From assembly GCA_951406725.2 (NCBI GenBank), contig OX597814.1:116994001-117058000 (forward strand): a stretch of DNA of 64,000 nt. Direction: 5' to 3'. Of the stretch, positions 57,751 to 64,000 are shown in pieces; position 1 is the stretch's first letter, and each line of letters starts with the position of its first letter. The notes under the pieces are model-generated. The model was given only the letters and a program-made list of their open reading frames with translations. It had not been told where the DNA came from and searched no databases. The DNA comes from Octopus vulgaris (taxonomy: Eukaryota). Position numbers and translations under genes: made by a program.

Positions 57751-58503
57751 TTTACTCTTTATCTTATATTAAAGTTTTTAATACTTTTTGATAGTTATAT
57801 ATATTTAATAACAAAGAATATAAAAAAATATAAAAATTAATAAATACAAATTAATAATTTTAATTTTAAATTTAAATAATTAAATTTTTTAAATTTTATA
57901 TTTTATATATTTTGTATATTATATTAATTATTTTTATTTTTATGTTTTAGTTTGTTTTTCACTGTTTGATTTGCCTAATAGTGGTTTTATCTCTAATTTA
58001 ATTTATATATATATATATACACAATAGAAATACATTATATAAATAATGTTGTGAAGGTTATTTCTACAGATATACTATAGAAATTATAGCCACCATTGAT
58101 TTTTGCTACAACGCTTTGTATCAAGACGTCAGATGTAAAGAGACAATGTGATCGAAGACAAAAACGGGTTATTAATACATATGCCATATTTAGGAGGATT
58201 CAGCACTCATCTAATCCACTATGGTGGTTTAGTTGAGTGCTGCAGATGGGTAACAATCCTCGAAATATGGCACATACATTCATTACACACTTTTGTCTTC
58301 GATCACATTGTCTGTTTACATCTGACAAAAGAATGTAAGACCACTGCTGACAAAATAGAACACGGTACTGACTTATGAAAACATTTAGTGTACCTTATAA
58401 TATACTGTTTGCATAACGAAATACCACGTACATGCAAATCTTTAATATATATAGAACGTATGTAAATATAGTATGTGTATGTATGTGTGTATATTTGTTT
58501 ATA

Positions 58504-58550
<47 letters not shown>

Positions 58551-58568
58551 TTATATATATATATACAT

Positions 58569-58599
<31 letters not shown>

Positions 58600-58600
<1 letters not shown>

Positions 58601-59050
58601 CAAACATTAAGGAGAATTCAAATAGGTTCACCAATTCAAATAAATATATATTCCGCCATTGATCGATGTATATCAGTTTTTAAATAAACAAATGTATCAG
58701 TCATTAAAATATTAAAACATATTTAAATTCTATGAATACAGAAATACATAAAATTTGATATACATATATAAATAGATGAATGAGATTAAGTTATAAAAGT
58801 GTACATGTATAAAAGTATAAGTTATAAAAGTGTACATGTATAAAAGTATAGATGTATAACTTAATCCCATTCAACTATCTATATACGTATATAAAAAATT
58901 TATACATTTATGTATTCATAGATTTTAAAAGTTTTCATGTTTTAATGACTGATACCTTTGTATATTTCAAAAACTGATATACAACAATCCATGGAAAAAT
59001 ATATGTTTATATAAATTGTTGAACTAGTTTGAATATTCCTCAATATTTTT
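58600..59050. repeat. Old imperfect ~195-bp-arm inverted repeat with central ~30-bp tandem duplication
   Basis: TGTATATCAGTTTTT/AAAAACTGATATACA, GTATCAGTCATTAAAA/TTTTAATGACTGATAC, GATTAAGTTATA/TATAACTTAATC; centre (TAAGTTATAAAAGTGTACATGTATAAAAGTA)x2. Confidence 0.85.
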
Positions 59051-59137
59051 ATATCCTACGTCTCTGGGTATATCTGAGCACTTCGAACTACTGGCATTAC
59101 AATACACAAAAAAATCTTACTACATATATATAGATAG

Positions 59138-59516
59138 GTGCAGGCTTGGCTGTGTGGTGACACGCTTGCTTTGCTTGCCAACACATATAGTTCCGGATTC
59201 AGTCTCGCTGAGTGGCACCTTCAGTAAGCTTGATCTATTATAGACGCGGGCCGACCAAAGGCTTGTGAATGGATTTGGTAGACGGAAACTGAAAGAGGCC
59301 CGTCGTATATATGTGTGTATGTAGTTATGTATCAGTGATTGTGTTTCTGTTTGTCACCCTCACTTCACTTGACAACCGATGTGAATGTGTTTACGTCACC
59401 GTAACCTAGCAGGCTTAAACAAAATAAGACCAGGAGTCGATTCCTTCAACTGTAAGGTGGTGCTTCAGCATGGCTGTAGTCAAGTGACAGAAACGTGAAA
59501 AATAATAAAGGAATAA

Positions 59517-59518
<2 letters not shown>
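59138..59518 (+). mobile_element. SINE family C
   Basis: GGTGCAGGCTTGGCTGTGTGG head; homologous to 54875-55250. Confidence 0.85.
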
Positions 59519-59578
<60 letters not shown>

Positions 59579-60111
59579 ATATATATATATATATAAAAAA
59601 AGGGAGTTTGAATTCCGTCATCAGCGCTATATTCGATAGCTTTATCAAATGCCACCAGCCCTCACTTCTGACCCAGCGACATCAGATAGTGGGGGAAGTG
59701 CGCAGTTGTTAAAACCAAGTAACGACTGGGAACGTAAATTTTCCCTCCAAAATTCTGCCATGCGCGCCTTCTGGGTAATCGTAATGGAATGAGGAATCCA
59801 CATGGTAATGCAATAAAAATGGTAAATAATTTTCCTGTGGTTTTTCATGTAACCAACAATTATTTACCGGTAAAATTCGGTATGTAAATACGACAAATTA
59901 ATTGTCAGGACCTTTGTAAGGTTCAGTATATAGTAAAGAAAATGGGTTGGCTAGCAGCAAGCTGTTTCGCCTCATACCGAAGGAATTAGAAATGGCAGTC
60001 AAAGACCGTTTTTTCCATTTCTAAAAGTGGAGATTCCAAAAACGAAGGCCCTTGCGGCTCACATACACAAAATCGGAGTGGCAAATATACGAAGGCAGTC
60101 ACTTACCGTTA

Positions 60112-60182
60112 ATAGCGAACACCGTGTTTCTGGATCACAAACATATAAAAAAAGGGAGTTTGCATTCCGTCATCAGCGCTAC
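60112..60182 (-). ncRNA. Type I hammerhead ribozyme
   Basis: Reverse complement of 60859-60928; a stem I A>G change keeps a G.U pair. Confidence 0.75.
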
Positions 60183-60858
60183 ATTCGATAGCTTTATCAA
60201 ATGCCACCAGCCCTCACTTCTGACCCAGCGACATCAGATAGTGGGGGAAGTGCGCAGATGTTAAAACCAAGTAACGACTGGGAACGTAAATTTTCCCTCC
60301 AAAATTCTGCCATGCGCGCCTTCTGGGTAATCGTAATGGAATGAGGAATCCACATGGTAATGCAATAAAAATGGTAAATAATTTTCCTGTGGTTTTTCAT
60401 GTAACCAACAATTATTTACCGGTAAAATTCGGTATGTAAATACGACAAATTAATTGCTCCACTTATAGAAATGGAAAAAACGGTCTTTGACTGCCATTTC
60501 TAATTCCTTCGGTATGAGGCGAAACAGCTTGCTGCTAGCCAACTCATTTTCTTTACTATGTACTGAACCTTACAAAGGTCCTGACAATTAATTTGTCGTA
60601 TTTACATACCGAAATTTACCGGTAAATAATTGTTGGTTACATGAAAAACCACAGGAAAATTATTTACCATTTTTATTGCATTACCATGTGGATTCCTCAT
60701 TCCATTACGATTACCCAGAAGGCGCGCATGGCAGAATTTTGGAGGGAAAATTTACGTTCCCAGTCGTTACTTGGTTTTAACATCTGCGCACTTCCCCCAC
60801 TATCTGATGTCGCTGGGTCAGAAGTGAGGGCTGGTGGCATTTGATAAAGCTATCGAAT

Positions 60859-60928
60859 ATAGCGCTGATGACGGAATGCAAACTCCCTTTTTTATATGTT
60901 TGTGATCCAGAAACACGGTGTTCGCTAT
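60859..60928 (+). ncRNA. Type I hammerhead ribozyme
   Basis: ATAGCG-CTGATGA-cGGA.TGCAAAC...GTTTGTG.TCCa-GAAA-CACGGTG-TT-CGCTAT. Confidence 0.78.
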
Positions 60929-61106
60929 TAACGGTAAGTGACTGCCTTCGTATATTTGCCACTCCGATTTTGTGTATGTGAGCCGCAAGGGCCTTCGTTT
61001 TTGGAATCTCCACTTATAGAAATGGAAAAAACGGTCTTTGACTGCCATTTTTAATTCCTTCGGTATGAGGCGAAACAGCTTGCTGCTAGCCAACTCATTT
61101 TCTTTA

Positions 61107-61145
<39 letters not shown>

Positions 61146-61461
61146 GCATACATATTTGATATGTGTATATATATATATATATATGCGGGTGTGTGTATGT
61201 ATGTATGTATGTATGCATAGCTACAGACACAGGTGTGCATACGCAAATATCCTGGTGCATAACTATACCATAAATTTATGTTATTAATATATGATGTTAT
61301 ATCCACGGCGTTATTTTGTACGGAATATATCCCTCAGGTATCAGCGTGTAGGATTATCCTTTGCTTTGGTGATATGTGTTGTAATATGAATTTCTTTGAC
61401 TGTCTAGTTGTCTCTCTCTTTACGCGCGCACAGATATATGTGAATATGTATATCCATATGC

Positions 61462-61502
<41 letters not shown>

Positions 61503-62023
61503 TGGATAGTGTAAACGCACTTATACAGTTGCGTGCCTGTCTTTGCTTACGTGAATGTATTTATGTATATATGTATGCAAAGTATTTAACCTGGCTTATC
61601 TCACTTCAGAAACGCCACCAACCTTACCAGCGCACTCGCACACACACATATGCATATATATGCTTATATATATATATATATATATATATATGCTTATATA
61701 TATATATGTTTTATGTGCACATACACGTTCTCACATACATCTACGTCCGCACTCTCGTTTTGGGATCACCGTTACTTTATTACCTCCCTTTCTTCCTAGC
61801 TCTCCGGTCTGACCACCTCTGTGTGTTGATCAGCATGTTGACCGCTAGTCACTTAACCTTTTTTAAAAAAATTATCTCTGTTTATTTCTCTGATCCCTTC
61901 TGTCCAAGAGCGTAGGTTCAAAACGTAAAAGACTTTCTCACTTCCCGAGCGTTAATCTAATACATCTGCGTGTTGTTTATACAATCGTCTTCGTCTTTTG
62001 TTTGTTTTTTATTCATATATTCC

Positions 62024-62072
<49 letters not shown>

Positions 62073-62139
62073 TATTGCTCAGTGATATGATACGAGTTTT
62101 GGTACAATGCCCCTAGAAGATCTTTCCTTCCATATATAT

Positions 62140-62203
<64 letters not shown>

Positions 62204-62366
62204 GTTATCGCCATACTAATATGGCATTCTTATAAAAATAAGAAAAAAGCTGTCCGCTTATTAGCTCCATGAGGCCATCGCCTTAAGTTAGCTATTTGAT
62301 ACACAAACTGTATCCATATAACCTTCGAACAAGGGAGGTCAGTCGCTCCACACTACTTGACCGGCA

Positions 62367-62408
62367 GCTACAGACGCGTTTCGGAGTATTGCCCCTTTTC
62401 AATGCAGC
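62367..62408 (-). ncRNA. Minimal type I hammerhead ribozyme, U3-A8 core variant
   Basis: Exact reverse complement of 62729-62770. Confidence 0.8.
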
Positions 62409-62728
62409 GTAGCCAGCCAGTAGGTGTCGCTTCCGACAATCTCTGTTCGAAGGTTATATGGATACAGTTTGTGTATCAAATAGCTAACTTAAGGCGATGG
62501 CCTCATGGAGCTAATAAGCGGACAGCTTTTTTCTTATTTTTATAAGAATGCCATATTAGTATGGCGATAACTATTATTTTCCGGGAACGCTGCCGCTGTT
62601 CTCTTTTAGAGAGACTTAGTTATTTTAATATTTCTATTATTGAAAACAAGTGGATGTATTCCACCGAAACTAGGTAAATAAAACCATCGAACAGAGATTG
62701 TCGGAAGCGACACCTACTGGCTGGCTAC

Positions 62729-62770
62729 GCTGCATTGAAAAGGGGCAATACTCCGAAACGCGTCTGTAGC
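62729..62770 (+). ncRNA. Minimal type I hammerhead ribozyme, U3-A8 core variant
   Basis: GCTGCA-TTGAAAA-GGGG caata CTCC-GAAA-CGCG-TC-TGTAGC; stem I extended by TGGCTGGC/GCCGGTCA and CTAC/GTAG. Confidence 0.8.
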
Positions 62771-62988
62771 TGCCGGTCAAGTAGTGTGGAGCGACTGACC
62801 TCCCTTGTTCGAAGGTTATATGGATACAGTTTGTGTATCAAATAGCTAACTTAAGGCGATGGCCTCATGGAGCTAATAAGCGGACAGCTTTTTTCTTATT
62901 TTTATAAGAATGCCATATTAGTATGGCGATAACTATTATTTTCCGGGAACGCTGCCGCTGTTCTCTTTTAGAGACTTAGTTATTTTAA

Positions 62989-63053
<65 letters not shown>

Positions 63054-64000
63054 AAGGAAAGATCTTCTAGGGGCATTGTACCAAAACCCGTATCATATCA
63101 CTGAGCAATATTTAAAACAGTTATGAAATATTGAATCAGGTATGTTGTATGTATTTTAGAATAATATTCGTCCTTTGCAAATTTGATTTCGAATTGATTT
63201 TGACCATATATATTCCAGTAGTTTGTGCATGTTAAAGGCTTCTAATAATTATTTTAGTCTTGCCTCAACCCTTTTGCCTATACTTGTTCAAAGGTCTATG
63301 TTTTTTTTAGACAATCATACTTTTCGTTTAATTCAACCAGCATGTTACAGAGAGAAGAACTTGTGATGCAATACAATTTCTTGGCAAACATAATTACATA
63401 ATTAATGTGTAATAATCGAAAATTGTCAGAAAATCACATATAGACGACTAAATGCTATCTCAATGAACCACAAATTCAGAACTATAATTTGAACTAATAT
63501 ATCTAAACAGGTCTTCAGTCAGACATAATTCTTTGTAATGAATCAAACTGCATTAAATATGTTCAGAGATAACTATCAACTACCAACTACCAACTCAAAG
63601 AAAAAATGGTCTTGAGAATAATAATAATGATAATAATTCTGAATCTGTTAATTTGATAGTTCTAAGAAACGTACGCGCACGCGTCTGTATCTATGTAAGT
63701 GTGTGTGCATAGGCTGATTGAAGTTGTTTACAGATTTAATGTGTTAAGGAAAAGAAAATATTCTGGATTTGAGTGGAAAATATCTATTTTGTGCTTTCAT
63801 CTCTTTCAAGGACTTATCATGAATGATTTCTTATAGAATATTCATAACTTTTATATACATGTAATTTAGTTGAAAAGAAAAGGCCAGAGTTAAATTTGTT
63901 CTCCTAAGTTTTAGAAAGAGGGTATTTTGGGAGTGGTTACGATGTTTGTTATTTTGAATCGAAGTGTGCGTGCATATATCATGTCATCACGTTGCCGACC

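Larger units (their letters stand above)
59593..61106. mobile_element. Retrozyme-like/non-autonomous PLE array: 552-bp HHR unit in tandem and inverted copies
   Basis: ~1.56 units on minus (59593-60456, period 552) joined to ~1.18 units on plus (60457-61106, period 551); near-identical; (TA)n both sides. Confidence 0.85.
62200..62997. mobile_element. Retrozyme-like/non-autonomous PLE array: ~362-bp HHR unit
   Basis: Inverted partial copy 62200-62450 joined via TGTTCGA to ~1.5 tandem units 62444-62997; (TA)n both sides. Confidence 0.85.
62072..63111. repeat. ~60-bp inverted duplication of flanking DNA (62072-62132; 63051-63111)
   Basis: ATATTGCTCAGTGATATGATACGAGTTTTGGTACAATGCCCCTAGAAGATCTTTCCTTCCA versus its reverse complement, one mismatch. 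Confidence 0.9.

Noticed and set aside
59645-60844. Repeated 67-aa ORF MKNHRKIIYHF...
   Set aside because: Repeats only because the 552-bp unit repeats; no recognisable domain, and it overlaps no PLE motif
59593-62997. CRISPR-like reading of the repeats
   Set aside because: Eukaryotic context, long units without unique spacers, no cas genes

Overview
Very AT-rich, microsatellite-saturated animal genomic DNA. The tRNA-derived SINE families suggest a cephalopod such as Octopus (inference). I can support no host protein-coding gene; nearly all ORF-track entries are microsatellite artefacts. The window holds: (1) RLE-type non-LTR retrotransposons of the R4/Dong group in (AAT)n tracts, including a nearly full-length copy (23.6-27.4 kb) and a young 5'-truncated copy (27.8-30.2 kb); (2) a ~540-nt structured non-coding element using the same (AAT)n targets; (3) several tRNA-SINE families, CR1/L2 and Tx1-like LINE fragments, a deleted mariner and a foldback MITE; (4) Penelope-like (PLE) fragments and about ten unrelated (TA)n-associated inverted/tandem repeats, each carrying a minimal type I hammerhead ribozyme (HHR) motif with a palindromic stem III. 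Two of these are ORF-less, circularly permuted tandem units (552 bp and ~362 bp) that look like retrozymes copied from a circular or multimeric RNA; the ~362-bp unit has a compensatory U3-A8 catalytic core. All calls and coordinates were made by eye, so element boundaries are approximate.
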